Assembly: GCF_003966335.1 (NCBI RefSeq)
Contig: NZ_CP034549.1
Span: 1,110,001-1,142,000 of the forward strand
Reading direction: 5' to 3'
DNA: 32,000 nt
DNA from: Nonlabens ponticola
GTDB taxonomy: Bacteria; Bacteroidota; Bacteroidia; Flavobacteriales; Flavobacteriaceae
In this document: one piece after another, positions 1-9,626 of the stretch
Numbering within the stretch: position 1 is the first letter of the stretch
How the letters are laid out: each line of letters opens with the position of its first letter
Made by a program: the position numbers and the translations under genes
Notes under the pieces: model-generated
The model's input: the letters and a program-made list of their open reading frames with translations, nothing else
What the model was told of the DNA's origin: nothing
Databases searched by the model: none

Positions 1-276
1 ATCATCGCCAGCATTTGAACTGGCAAAAGTTTCTGTATGAACGCCACCAACGGTGAACGAGGTAAGACGTAGTCCTGCATAAGCTGCTGGATTATTAAGG
101 TTGATGTGCACACTATCTGCATAGGTGCGCACACCAGCCATACTGCGATTTTCAATTGTGCCTCTAAATGTTTCCTGACCTAGACCAAAAAAGGAGTAAG
201 GTGATGAAGTGCGTGACTGTGCGGTACTCAATACTGTAGCAAGTAAAAAAGTCACGATTAAAATACTTCTTGTCAT
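1..276 (-). CDS. Secreted or outer-membrane protein, N-terminal 92 codons only (gene runs off the left edge)
   Basis: ATG at 276-274 overlaps the coaX stop (ATGA at 273-276) and the frame stays open to base 1. My own translation is MTRSILIVTFLLATVLSTAQSRTSSPYSFFGLGQETFRG..., a signal peptide followed by an SPYSxFGLG-type motif. I associate that motif with Bacteroidota beta-barrel outer-membrane proteins, from memory only. Confidence 0.55.
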   Translation of the reverse strand, partial: MTRSILIVTFLLATVLSTAQSRTSSPYSFFGLGQETFRGTIENRSMAGVRTYADSVHINLNNPAAYAGLRLTSFTVGGVHTETFASSNAGDD

Positions 277-998
277 GAATTGTTCTTGTAAAGATTATAG
301 ATGCCGTGTAGCATCAAAAAAGGCGTGGCAAAGAAACGGCTTTTGAGTTGTTTTTTCAATAGCTGTGAATCACCACCTGTGAGTAAGACTTGAGTGTCCT
401 TAAACTTGTTATTGTAACGGGAAATCATGCCGTCTATTTCAAGAGCGGTGCCTTGAATTACTCCGGTACTGATAGAATCATTAGTGTTTTTTCCTAGGAA
501 TCCTTTTACACGGCTAGGTTGCAGTAATGGCAGCTTTGCAGTGTAATCATTTAAAGATTTGAATCTCAAGTTCAATCCAGGTGAAATGGCGCCACCTAGA
601 TATTGATTGTCTTTGTCAATAAAGTCATAGGTAATGCAGGTGCCAGCGTCAATAATAAGTTTAGCACCTTTTTCAAAAGAGGTATGAAAAGACCCAGCAA
701 CCAGTGCAAGACGATCGTTGCCTAGAGTAGTGGACTCATATTTATTGGTAAAGGGTAGCTTGATGGTATGATTTATATACATTACCCCAACTAGACTCTC
801 AAGGTGGTGCAATAGTTTAACGTCAATGGTGCCAACCTGACAAACGCAGGCTGCATTGAGGTCATGATAGTTTGAAAAAAGTCTAGAAAGATGATCGATA
901 AACTCTGGCTCCTGGCAACGAGTAACATCATAGATGGTGGTCTCGTCAACGACGGCCAACTTTATGGACGTATTGCCTATGTCAACTGCCAGGATCAT
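273..998 (-). CDS. coaX: Type III pantothenate kinase
   Basis: 241-aa ORF. The N-terminus MILAVDIGNTSIKLAV is the ASKHA phosphate-1 motif typical of CoaX, and DAGTCITYD and LTGGD motifs are present. Confidence 0.9.
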   Translation of the reverse strand: MILAVDIGNTSIKLAVVDETTIYDVTRCQEPEFIDHLSRLFSNYHDLNAACVCQVGTIDVKLLHHLESLVGVMYINHTIKLPFTNKYESTTLGNDRLALVAGSFHTSFEKGAKLIIDAGTCITYDFIDKDNQYLGGAISPGLNLRFKSLNDYTAKLPLLQPSRVKGFLGKNTNDSISTGVIQGTALEIDGMISRYNNKFKDTQVLLTGGDSQLLKKQLKSRFFATPFLMLHGIYNLYKNNS

Positions 999-1011
999 AA
1001 GGTAGGTGTAG

Positions 1012-1086
1012 TGTGGAATACTGGATTCGAACCAGTGACCTCTACCCTGTCAAGGTAGCGCTCTAAACCAACTGAGCTAATCCCAC
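1012..1086 (-). tRNA. tRNA-Val (anticodon GAC)
   Basis: A 75-nt cloverleaf read by hand on the minus strand. Acceptor GTGGGAT/ATTCCAC (one G-U pair), D arm GCTC-AGTTGGTTTA-GAGC, anticodon arm CTACC-TTGACAG-GGTAG, T arm ACTGG-TTCGAAT-CCAGT, discriminator A. CCA is not encoded. Confidence 0.9.
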
Positions 1087-1109
1087 AATTTCAATGTTTG
1101 TATAGTAAC

Positions 1110-1137
1110 AAAAAACCCAATCTTTACGATCGGGTTT
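1110..1137 (-). terminator. Intrinsic-terminator-like hairpin between tRNA-Phe and tRNA-Val
   Basis: The minus strand reads AAACCCGATC-GTAAA-GATTGGGTTT followed by further T residues (six T in a row in total). This is a 10-bp stem with one G-U pair. Confidence 0.5.
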
Positions 1138-1141
1138 GTTG

Positions 1142-1214
1142 TGGTACCTCCAGGAATCGAACCAGGGACACATGGATTTTCAGTCCATTGCTCTACCAAC
1201 TGAGCTAAGGTACC
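1142..1214 (-). tRNA. tRNA-Phe (anticodon GAA)
   Basis: A 73-nt cloverleaf on the minus strand. Acceptor GGTACCT/AGGTACC, D arm GCTC-AGTTGGTA-GAGC, anticodon arm ATGGA-CTGAAAA-TCCAT, T arm CCTGG-TTCGATT-CCAGG, discriminator A. Confidence 0.92.
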
Positions 1215-1233
1215 TTTTGCTGTAAAGCGGTGG

Positions 1234-1262
1234 CAAATTTACATAAATAAATTTGTGGCAAA
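1234..1262 (-). promoter_or_regulatory. Putative Bacteroidota-type promoter for tRNA-Phe
   Basis: The minus strand reads TTTG-(17 nt)-TAAATTTG. The -7-type box ends about 20 nt upstream of the tRNA 5' end. It matches the TTTG / TAnnTTTG consensus, with a spacer slightly shorter than I remember as typical. Confidence 0.45.
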
Positions 1263-1307
1263 AGGAATTTGTCGCTTTTTTGAAGAAAACTTTTAAGCGA
1301 TTGTATT

Positions 1308-2549
1308 TTAACTGATTAGTCGCTCTAGTGCCATTCCTCGTGATCCCTTAATCAATATTGTCTGGTCTTTGTTGTAATCTAGTAGCTTATTCTTGTCGAT
1401 GTCGTCGATGCTTTTTAACTTCAGTGCCTTGGTAGAAGCAACATTCACAAAATTAGCACCGATCAAAATGATGTTTTCTATATCGAGTTCTTCTGCATAA
1501 TCACAGATGGATTGATGTTCTATCCTAGCGTAATCTCCTAGTTCAAACATATCACCTAGAATAGCTGTGCGCGTACCAGAGTATTGAGCTAGGTTCTCTA
1601 AAGCAACTCGCATACTGGTAGGATTAGCATTGTAAGCATCTAATATTATGAGGCTAGAATCCTGTTTGATTAATTGCGATCTATTATTAGTAGGTGAGTA
1701 GCTTTCCAGGCCCTTGATGATCGCATCCTTAGGAACCTTCATGATTTCACCAACCTCGATAGCCAATAGCATGTTGTTGAAATTATATGCTCCTGTTAGT
1801 TGAGTTTTTACCAGCGTTCCCTTGTAGTTGAATTGAATAGGTGAGGCCTCTAATAACTGTAAATCGGTTGTGAAAATCCTGTTTAATTCTTTTGTTCTTG
1901 CAAGTTGTTCATCATCGCTGTGCAATACGATGGCTGTCTTGTGGTGCTTGTTTAAGTATTTGTAAAGTTCACTCTTGCCTTTTTTCACGCCTTCTATACC
2001 GCCAAATCCTTCTAAGTGTGCCTTACCAAAATTTGTAATCAATCCATAGTCAGGATCTGCAATTTGAGATAATGCGGCAATTTCTCCTTGATGGTTGGCG
2101 CCCATTTCAACCACTCCTATTTCCGTTTGCTTATCAAAAGACAGTAGTGTCAATGGAACACCTATGTGGTTATTAAGATTGCCAACGGTTCCTTTGACCT
2201 TATATGACTGTGATAAAATGCTCAATATAAGTTCTTTGGTAGTAGTTTTTCCATTACTACCTGTTAGGCCTATCACAGGTAATCCTAATTCCTTACGATG
2301 ATAAGAGGCCAGTTCCTGAAGAGTTTTAAGCGTATCACTGACGACGGTGACATCGGCACGGTTTTCAAATGATGCGTCGCTACTTATGGCGTGACTTGCA
2401 CCTTGCTCAAGAGCTTTTGCTACATAGTCGTTACCATCAAAGTTATCACCTTTCAAAGCAACATATAAAACTCCTGATTGAAGTTTCCTTGTGTCTGTAC
2501 AAATTCCGCTACTTGCGAGAAAAAGTAGGTAAAGTTCATTTATAGCCAT
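1308..2549 (-). CDS. murF: UDP-N-acetylmuramoyl-tripeptide--D-alanyl-D-alanine ligase
   Basis: 413-aa ORF with the Mur ligase P-loop GLTGSNGKTTTKE, a DAYNANP motif and typical MurF length. Confidence 0.9.
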   Translation of the reverse strand: MAINELYLLFLASSGICTDTRKLQSGVLYVALKGDNFDGNDYVAKALEQGASHAISSDASFENRADVTVVSDTLKTLQELASYHRKELGLPVIGLTGSNGKTTTKELILSILSQSYKVKGTVGNLNNHIGVPLTLLSFDKQTEIGVVEMGANHQGEIAALSQIADPDYGLITNFGKAHLEGFGGIEGVKKGKSELYKYLNKHHKTAIVLHSDDEQLARTKELNRIFTTDLQLLEASPIQFNYKGTLVKTQLTGAYNFNNMLLAIEVGEIMKVPKDAIIKGLESYSPTNNRSQLIKQDSSLIILDAYNANPTSMRVALENLAQYSGTRTAILGDMFELGDYARIEHQSICDYAEELDIENIILIGANFVNVASTKALKLKSIDDIDKNKLLDYNKDQTILIKGSRGMALERLIS

Positions 2550-2560
2550 GTGGTAAAAGT

Positions 2561-2592
2561 AAAAAAGCCCTTTTTTAAAAAAGGGCTTTTTG
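2561..2592 (-). terminator. Bidirectional hairpin terminator downstream of gldJ
   Basis: A perfect 30-nt palindrome, AAAAAGCCCTTTTTT/AAAAAAGGGCTTTTT, with a GC core stem flanked by A and T runs. It lies 21 nt after the gldJ stop. Confidence 0.7.
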
Positions 2593-2612
2593 ATAGTGAG
2601 TTTAAAGAGCTT

Positions 2613-4289
2613 TTAGTTTCTTGGACTCTTAGATTTCTTTGATTTGGAACCAACACGTGACATAGCACATCTAAATCCTATATCATCTCTAGCCATATCT
2701 TGTGGGTAGAATCTTCTCGTTGCTGGATCTAACCAGTAAGCTCTATCTCTCCAAGAACCACCCTTAATCACACGAACCTCATTATCAATAAGAGTCGTAC
2801 GGCTATTATCAGCATCGTATTCTCTGATTACATTACCTTCTGCATCAACAGTAACTGAGTGTTGTGGAGAGTTATACATTTTCTCTCGTTGATCAGGAGA
2901 AAGACCTGCATAGCTTTGTGAAGATTGTGCGTCACCGTCACGGTAATCACGGTTATCACTACGGTCAAAATTAGTTCTTAGGTACGTTTCTTCATCGTCA
3001 ATGTCTATTTGTCTAATCTCTCCAGGTAGATTGCGGGCAATCACCTTACCATTACTTAATGTATCGTAAACAATATCATCAGCTGTAACTACAGCAACTT
3101 TTCCATCAGGACCTATTTGATTCTTAGTGTAAACATTACCGCGATAGTAGTTGAAGTCGTTGTATTCATCATCTATAATAGGGCGATAAACATCAGCCAC
3201 CCATTCAGACACGTTTCCTGCCATGTCGTACAGCCCGTAATCGTTAGGCGCATAATTCTTAATAGGTGCAGTAATATCAGCTCCATCATCACTCCAACCT
3301 GCAATACCACCATAGTCACCATCACCTTGCTTAAAGTTTGCTAAGTGGTCACCACGATTATTGCGTTTACCACTTCTAGTGTATTGTCCATCCCATGGAT
3401 ATTTTTTACGACCGCGGTACGAGTTGTACTCTCTTAAACTGCTTTGTCCTAGAGCTGCATATTCCCATTCAGCCTCTGTAGGCAAACGGTAAGCTGCAGG
3501 AAGTAAGATTCCTTGCTCACGTCTTACATATAAACCAGTAGTGTCACTATTGTTTCTGCTTGCTTGTTTGCCACGTTGCTTTTCTAGAGCCAATGATTTA
3601 CGACCACCACGAGTAATACTATCATTACCGCCATAAGTAAGAGTTGGCGCATTTAAATAAGTCTCTGTATTAAAAAGTGCACCGTCATTAGCTTTGCCTA
3701 AGAGGTCCTTTGGTAGATATCCTTGATCTACTAAGATTTTTTCATTTACACGATCAGTTCTCCAATTTGAGAATTCTACCGCCTGGATCCATGATACACC
3801 TACTACTGGATAATTGGCGTGAGCTGGATGACGCAGGTAGTTGTTTGTCATGGCGTCATTGTATCCTAGACGATTTCTCCAAACAAGAGTATCTGGCAAA
3901 GCTCCTAGATAGATGTTTCTATATTGCTCATCTTCTGGTGGGAATACTCTTTTAATCCAATCGAGCATTTCTAAGTACATACCGTTAGTGACCTCAGTCT
4001 CATCGATATAAAAAGATTGAACGTGCTGTTGGTTAGGAGTATTATTCCAGTCGTGCATCGGGTCATCTTTAACACGACCCATGGTAAACGTACCACCTTC
4101 TACAAAAACTAATCCTGGACCAGCATCCTGATCCTTATAATCAGTATTGAGTTCAAAGCCATCTCTTCCATTAATGTCCCAACCCGTGGCGCGAGAATTA
4201 TTAGAATAATCATTGCCGCCACCGCAACTAACTAATGCAGCGCCAGTTAAGGCAGCTACTATAAAATTTAAAACAAAGTGCTTTTTCAT
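2613..4289 (-). CDS. gldJ: Gliding motility lipoprotein GldJ (FGE/sulfatase-modifying-factor-like fold)
   Basis: 558-aa ORF with a lipoprotein signal (...AALVSCGGG) and FVEGGTFTMG and GGSWRD motifs of the FGE-like domain. Its divergent position next to porU-porV matches what I recall for Flavobacterium johnsoniae. Confidence 0.88.
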   Translation of the reverse strand: MKKHFVLNFIVAALTGAALVSCGGGNDYSNNSRATGWDINGRDGFELNTDYKDQDAGPGLVFVEGGTFTMGRVKDDPMHDWNNTPNQQHVQSFYIDETEVTNGMYLEMLDWIKRVFPPEDEQYRNIYLGALPDTLVWRNRLGYNDAMTNNYLRHPAHANYPVVGVSWIQAVEFSNWRTDRVNEKILVDQGYLPKDLLGKANDGALFNTETYLNAPTLTYGGNDSITRGGRKSLALEKQRGKQASRNNSDTTGLYVRREQGILLPAAYRLPTEAEWEYAALGQSSLREYNSYRGRKKYPWDGQYTRSGKRNNRGDHLANFKQGDGDYGGIAGWSDDGADITAPIKNYAPNDYGLYDMAGNVSEWVADVYRPIIDDEYNDFNYYRGNVYTKNQIGPDGKVAVVTADDIVYDTLSNGKVIARNLPGEIRQIDIDDEETYLRTNFDRSDNRDYRDGDAQSSQSYAGLSPDQREKMYNSPQHSVTVDAEGNVIREYDADNSRTTLIDNEVRVIKGGSWRDRAYWLDPATRRFYPQDMARDDIGFRCAMSRVGSKSKKSKSPRN

Positions 4290-4483
4290 CTACTTGTTTG
4301 ATTTGAAAAACGAGTCGCAATATAATAACTAACTTGTTCTAACTGACCTATTGTTATCAACTTATGTATGCGATTGCTAGTTAAAAAAAGGAGAACGGCA
4401 TTTGGCTCGCTTTATTTTACAGTCTATTATTTTTTTAATCCTTGTGTCAATAATATACCTTGCGATGCAACGTTAGTTACTTG

Positions 4484-7400
4484 ATGAAATTTACATTATC
4501 GCTTTTTTTCCTTATTTCATGGGCTTTTGCCTTAGGTCAGTCACATTCTTACCAGTTGGATTGGCAAGATTCTCAAACGCTTGCCGTCGGGCAATCGACG
4601 ATCACCGTGCCGGCTTTCAAGGATCATTTGGTTTATGAAAATGGGAATATCTTATTCTCTGATATTTTATCGATAAACGGTAGCATTGATCCATTATCGG
4701 CACGTTTAAGCAATTTGCAGACTGAAATTATCTCGAGAGCAGACTTGCAAGATCTCGATGAGAGCAATCTTCCCGTGAGTCCCAATTTGATTGTTGGGAA
4801 TGCGCTTTCGCGAAAGCGTAACTACATACAAATACAATTGCATCCTATATATAGGAGTAATGGCAACATCTATCGGGTAACTTCTTTTACGGCAAATTAC
4901 AGTATGGCAACCGCGACGGCGGCTCCTAAGAATACTACCTTGACTAATTCTATTCTTGCTAGCGGTGATTGGTATCGTTTTAAAGTGGAGCAAACAGGCG
5001 TACATCGTATAACACAAGGTTTTCTTTCAAGTTTAGGTATGGATGTCGATAATATAGATCCACGTAATTTGAAAATTTATGGACAAGGCGGCACATCACT
5101 ACCTTTAACTAATGAGGATAATCGATTTTATGATCCTGCGGAAATTGCCATACGGGTCAATGGTAGTGCTGATGGGTCTCTAGATAGCGGTGATGAAGTG
5201 CTGTTTTATGCAGTCGCAAGCGATACAGAATTTATTGAGGACAACGATAGTTTTATCAATCCTTATGACGATGATACATACTACTACATAACCGCTAGTG
5301 GTGGCGCGGGAAAACGGATTGCCGCTTTTAACCAACCAACACAAGCGCCAACGGTTACTTATACTTCTTATGAAGTGGTTAAACATGTGGAGACTGATGA
5401 ACGTAACATTGGTCAGATAGGTCGATTATGGTATGGTGAACGTTTTAGTATTGAGCCCGAGCAAAGTTTTACGCTGCAATTTGATAATGTTCTTGCTTCC
5501 AGGCCTGCAAGGTTGCGAATCACAACTGGAGCTATAAGCGATATACGTACCAGCATGTCTTTTTCAATTAATGGACAGTCGTTAGGTGTGACTAGTTATA
5601 CTGGGCTGTCTAACGATAACATATCAGTCGCTAGACGCAACACACTGATCAATAATACAGATGTCAACTTGACCAGCGATGAAGCGGTCGTGACCTTGTC
5701 TTATGATAACGCAGGAAATCCTGGTGCGCAGGCATATCTGGATTATATCCGCATTGATGCATATCAGGAGCTTACTGGCATAGGTAAGCAATTCAAATTC
5801 TATGTGCCTGAAAGTGCGGTGCGATCTGGTGTTGCTCAATATGCTGTGAGTAATGCCAGTGAGATAAGTGCTGCATGGGATATCACCGATAGGTTCAATA
5901 TTAGGAGCATAGAGAATATTGACAATGCTGCGCAATTCAATTTTAATGCGCCACAAGGAAGTTTACGCACCTATCAAGCCGTTGTACCAAGTGATTATCA
6001 TAGTCCAGTATTACCACAAGATGCCCGTGTAGGTAATCAAAACCTCAAAGGGACGATTTTTAACAATAGTGGTGGCTCATTTGTAGATATTGATTACTTG
6101 ATTATCACACCTGATTTTTTACAGAATCAAGCCCAACGACTGGCTAATTATCACATACGTGACGGTAATCTCAATACTAAGGTTGTCTTGCTACAAGATA
6201 TTTACAACGAGTTTTCAGAAGGCAAGCAGGACATAAGTGCGATCAGGAATTTTGTTAAGTACGTCTATGACAATGCATCAGATCCATCAAGAAGGGTTCA
6301 ATATCTCAATATGTTTGGAGATACGAGCTTTGATTATAAGGACAGGATTGCTGTCAAGGATAATATTGTACCATCATTTTTGTCTGCTAACAGCACCTCT
6401 ACGGTAGGATCTTATTGCACAGACGATTTCTTTACGTACATGGATCCCGAAGAAGGAACAGGCGCAACCAATAATCTTATGGACATCGCCGTAGGTCGAA
6501 TGATTGTATCGACCCAGCAAGAGGCTAGAGAAATGGTAGATAAGATCGTAAGCTACACGGCAAGACCAGCGTTTGAACGCTGGCGCAATGATGTTACCTT
6601 GATAGGTGATGACGTCGATATTCCTAGTGATGATATTTTGCAGGAAAGTGTGAATCAGTTAGCAGACGATATTACCGAGAATCGACCAGATTACAATGTA
6701 CGCAAAATACTTCTAGATAGTTATGATCAGGTGAGTACTGCTGGTGGTGAGCGCTATCCAGACGCTGTGGATGATATACGTAATGCGTTTGAGCAAGGAT
6801 CACTGGTAATCAATTACTTTGGTCATGGTAATGAAGATGGATTGTCGCAAGAATTTGTGGTCACGCAGTCCCTAGTCCGCAATTTGCGCAATGCTAATAC
6901 GTTGCCGTTGTTTATTACGGTAACCTGCGAGTTCACCCGTTATGATAATCCGTTAAGAACAAGTGGTGGCGAGATTACCTACCTCAATCCTCAAGGTGGT
7001 GCAATATCGCTTGTGGCAACTAACAGACTTATCTTCATCAGTGTTGGTGTTACTTTAAATGATACTCTAGATCAATACCTCTTTGGGTTCAATAATGTTG
7101 AACCTATCTCGATGGCCGAGGCACTTAGGCTCGCTAAAACCGATCCAGCACTTGCAAGAAATGGCACACGTCGAGTGGTTGCGTTTATTGGTGATCCAGC
7201 ATTAAAACTAGCATTTCCATCACCAAGAGTAGCCCTAACGGCAATTAATGGGCAGCCTATCGTCACTGCAAACGATCAGCCACAATTAAGAGCACTTGAT
7301 CGAGCTACCGTATCTGGTGAGGTGCAAGATCTTTCGGGTAGATTGATCCCAGATTATAATGGTACGGTGTCGGTAACCTTATTTGATAAACCAATAGATC

Positions 7401-8329
7401 GCACCACGTTCGCAAATGATAATAGCCGTGACAGTGATGGTGATATCATTAAATTGAACTTTGACCAACAAGGTGAGGTTCTCTTTCGTGGTCAGGCGAC
7501 TGTTGAGAACGGATTGTTTAATGTAGAGTTTGTGCTGCCACGCGACACGCAAATACCTTTGGGGAACGGTCGATTATCCTTTTACGCTCAACGAGACCAG
7601 CCGTTAGAAGATCAAAATGGATTTTCTGAACAAGTCATCATAGGTGGCATCAACGAGGACGCACCAGAAGATAATGTCGGGCCAGAAATAGAATTGTTTA
7701 TGAACGATCGCAATTTTGTAAGCGGCGGCATCACAGATCCTAATCCATTAATACTGGCATTTCTTGAGGACATGAATGGTATCAATACAGCAAGCGGTAT
7801 AGGTCACGATATCATAGGTATTCTAGATGGTGATGAGACTAATCCTTTCATTCTTAACGATTATTATGAGGCCGACGTGGATGATTTTACTAGAGGTAAG
7901 GTGTTTTTCCCATTGCGAGATATAGAACCTGGATTACACACGCTAACTGTGAAAGGCTGGGATACCTATAATAATAGCAGCACCCAAGAAATACAATTTG
8001 TAGTGGCAGCTGGCGACGGTATTGAGCTTACTAGAGTTCTCAATTATCCTAATCCGTTTAGTACCTATACAGAGTTTTGGTTCAATCACAACCGTCCTTT
8101 TGAGCCGCTGGATGTTCAAGTTCAAGTGATGACGGTAACCGGTAAAGTCGTGTGGACTCAAAACCAGATTATCACAACAACCGGATTTACTTCTCGCGAG
8201 ATAACTTGGGATGGTATGGACGATTTTGGTCAACGGTTGGCAAAAGGTGTTTACATTTATAAGATAACTGTTAAAAGTTCGTTAGCAAATGAGACGGCGA
8301 GCAAAATTGAAAAACTGGTCATCCTTTAG
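4484..8329 (+). CDS. porU: Type IX secretion system sortase / C-terminal signal peptidase PorU (C25 gingipain-like)
   Basis: Very large ORF. I start it at the ATG at 4484 (MKFTLSLFFLISWAFALGQ signal peptide) rather than the TTG at 4460. It has a C25-like catalytic region (NYFGHGNEDG ... TCEF) and a C-terminal LNYPNPF...GVYIYKI CTD-like domain, and it is followed by porV. Confidence 0.88.
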   Translation: MKFTLSLFFLISWAFALGQSHSYQLDWQDSQTLAVGQSTITVPAFKDHLVYENGNILFSDILSINGSIDPLSARLSNLQTEIISRADLQDLDESNLPVSPNLIVGNALSRKRNYIQIQLHPIYRSNGNIYRVTSFTANYSMATATAAPKNTTLTNSILASGDWYRFKVEQTGVHRITQGFLSSLGMDVDNIDPRNLKIYGQGGTSLPLTNEDNRFYDPAEIAIRVNGSADGSLDSGDEVLFYAVASDTEFIEDNDSFINPYDDDTYYYITASGGAGKRIAAFNQPTQAPTVTYTSYEVVKHVETDERNIGQIGRLWYGERFSIEPEQSFTLQFDNVLASRPARLRITTGAISDIRTSMSFSINGQSLGVTSYTGLSNDNISVARRNTLINNTDVNLTSDEAVVTLSYDNAGNPGAQAYLDYIRIDAYQELTGIGKQFKFYVPESAVRSGVAQYAVSNASEISAAWDITDRFNIRSIENIDNAAQFNFNAPQGSLRTYQAVVPSDYHSPVLPQDARVGNQNLKGTIFNNSGGSFVDIDYLIITPDFLQNQAQRLANYHIRDGNLNTKVVLLQDIYNEFSEGKQDISAIRNFVKYVYDNASDPSRRVQYLNMFGDTSFDYKDRIAVKDNIVPSFLSANSTSTVGSYCTDDFFTYMDPEEGTGATNNLMDIAVGRMIVSTQQEAREMVDKIVSYTARPAFERWRNDVTLIGDDVDIPSDDILQESVNQLADDITENRPDYNVRKILLDSYDQVSTAGGERYPDAVDDIRNAFEQGSLVINYFGHGNEDGLSQEFVVTQSLVRNLRNANTLPLFITVTCEFTRYDNPLRTSGGEITYLNPQGGAISLVATNRLIFISVGVTLNDTLDQYLFGFNNVEPISMAEALRLAKTDPALARNGTRRVVAFIGDPALKLAFPSPRVALTAINGQPIVTANDQPQLRALDRATVSGEVQDLSGRLIPDYNGTVSVTLFDKPIDRTTFANDNSRDSDGDIIKLNFDQQGEVLFRGQATVENGLFNVEFVLPRDTQIPLGNGRLSFYAQRDQPLEDQNGFSEQVIIGGINEDAPEDNVGPEIELFMNDRNFVSGGITDPNPLILAFLEDMNGINTASGIGHDIIGILDGDETNPFILNDYYEADVDDFTRGKVFFPLRDIEPGLHTLTVKGWDTYNNSSTQEIQFVVAAGDGIELTRVLNYPNPFSTYTEFWFNHNRPFEPLDVQVQVMTVTGKVVWTQNQIITTTGFTSREITWDGMDDFGQRLAKGVYIYKITVKSSLANETASKIEKLVIL
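4804..4817. repeat. Iterated palindrome GCTTTCGCGAAAGC, copy 1 (inside porU)
   Basis: Read directly. The perfect palindrome extends to 16 nt (4803-4818). It is read as ...A-L-S-R-K-R... in porU. Confidence 0.95.
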
Positions 8330-8372
8330 TAAGATTGATTACTATATATTTGACCACGGCTAATATTCCTAC

Positions 8373-9545
8373 ATGAAAAGATTTCTTCTTCTATCAACAA
8401 CCATTTTAGTATTACTAGTTGATATAAATCCAGTACAAGCACAAGATTCTAGAGTTATTACGACGGCACTACCGTTTTTACGCATAGCAGGTGATGCCCG
8501 CGCAGGTGGTATGGCAGACATGGGTGTGGCAACAAGTCCTGATGTATGGTCACAACAATGGAATCCAGCAAAATATTCTTTCATTGATCGTGAATATCAG
8601 GCTGGTATCGCATATACACCTTATTTAGGGCAGCTTGTTAATGATATAGGTATTGGACAAATTGCGTTTGCTAATAAGTTTAATGAGCAAAGCGCATTTG
8701 CAGGTAGCATAAGGTATTTCGGTTTAGGTACCATTTTTATTACTGAAGATGGTGAGACAGGAACTGAGGAAAGCCCGAATGAATTTGTCATCGACGGTAC
8801 TTACTCACTCAAATTGTCAGAGCAATTCTCCATGGCGGTAACAGGTCGCTTTCTACGCAGTGATTTGCGTATTCAATCACAAAGTAATGACGCTAGTGCA
8901 GCGAGCAGCTTTAGTGTAGGTGTAGCCGGTTACTATCAAAGTGAGGAGATTCCATACAACGACTTCTCAGGTAGATGGCGTGGTGGTTTTAATATATCAA
9001 ACATAGGTCCTAAGATTTCTTATGATACTGGTGGGCAAGAGAATTTCTTACCTACCAACCTAGGATTAGGTGGTGGTTTTGATTTTATCTTAGATGATGG
9101 ATTTAGCAAAATAGGAGTAACTGCAGAGCTTAATAAATTACTTGTGCCAACACCACCAATTAGAGACCTACAAGATCAAGATGAGGACGGTGATAGACAA
9201 GAGATTCTACAAGGACAAGATGACGATGTAGATTTCTTCTCGGGTATCTTTCAATCATTTGGCGATGCGCCAGGTGGTAGTAGTGAAGAGCTGAAAGAGA
9301 TTACCTGGGCACTTGGAGCAGAGTATACTTATGACGACACATTTGCCTTGCGTACAGGTTATTTCAATGAGAGTGATGAAAAAGGTGGCCGTCAATTCTT
9401 GACATTGGGAGCTGGTTTCAAATTCTCTGAAATTGTGCTTGATCTATCTTATTTATTTTCGACAAGTGCAGTACAATCGCCATTGGAAGGAACGTTGAGG
9501 TTTGGTCTCACCTTCAACTTTGGTGACGAGTACGTTCAATACTAG
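8373..9545 (+). CDS. porV: Type IX secretion outer-membrane shuttle/channel protein PorV (LptO)
   Basis: 390-aa ORF with a signal peptide, then ALPFLRIAGDARAGGMADMGVATSPDVWSQQWNPAKY, a typical PorV N-terminus. It has a beta-barrel-like alternating pattern and an aromatic C-terminal residue. Confidence 0.88.
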   Translation: MKRFLLLSTTILVLLVDINPVQAQDSRVITTALPFLRIAGDARAGGMADMGVATSPDVWSQQWNPAKYSFIDREYQAGIAYTPYLGQLVNDIGIGQIAFANKFNEQSAFAGSIRYFGLGTIFITEDGETGTEESPNEFVIDGTYSLKLSEQFSMAVTGRFLRSDLRIQSQSNDASAASSFSVGVAGYYQSEEIPYNDFSGRWRGGFNISNIGPKISYDTGGQENFLPTNLGLGGGFDFILDDGFSKIGVTAELNKLLVPTPPIRDLQDQDEDGDRQEILQGQDDDVDFFSGIFQSFGDAPGGSSEELKEITWALGAEYTYDDTFALRTGYFNESDEKGGRQFLTLGAGFKFSEIVLDLSYLFSTSAVQSPLEGTLRFGLTFNFGDEYVQY

Positions 9546-9626
9546 GTTATCAAGAAACTTGAGTTACATACCGTCGTCCACTTATATGACGATATTGATG
9601 AATTAGATCAAGACAGCCGCGATCTG

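Noticed and set aside
1012-1214. tRNA genes as a possible integration site for a genomic island
   Set aside because: There is no integrase, no duplicated tRNA 3' fragment and no accessory cargo nearby. The flanking genes are housekeeping (coaX, murF).
3117-3955. Two plus-strand ORFs (75 and 81 aa) inside gldJ
   Set aside because: They are antisense shadow ORFs within a confidently identified gene.
8192-8201. 10-bp palindrome TCTCGCGAGA occurring twice (also at 27397-27406), sharing the TCGCGA core with the iterated palindrome
   Set aside because: Two occurrences of some palindromic 10-mer in 32 kb are roughly what chance allows. Both are read as S-R-E in coding sequence. This is not enough to call them degenerate family members.
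4706-8233. Five antisense ORFs (64-110 aa) inside porU
   Set aside because: Such ORFs are expected by chance in a 3.8-kb gene. None has a recognisable motif, and all are fully contained in porU.
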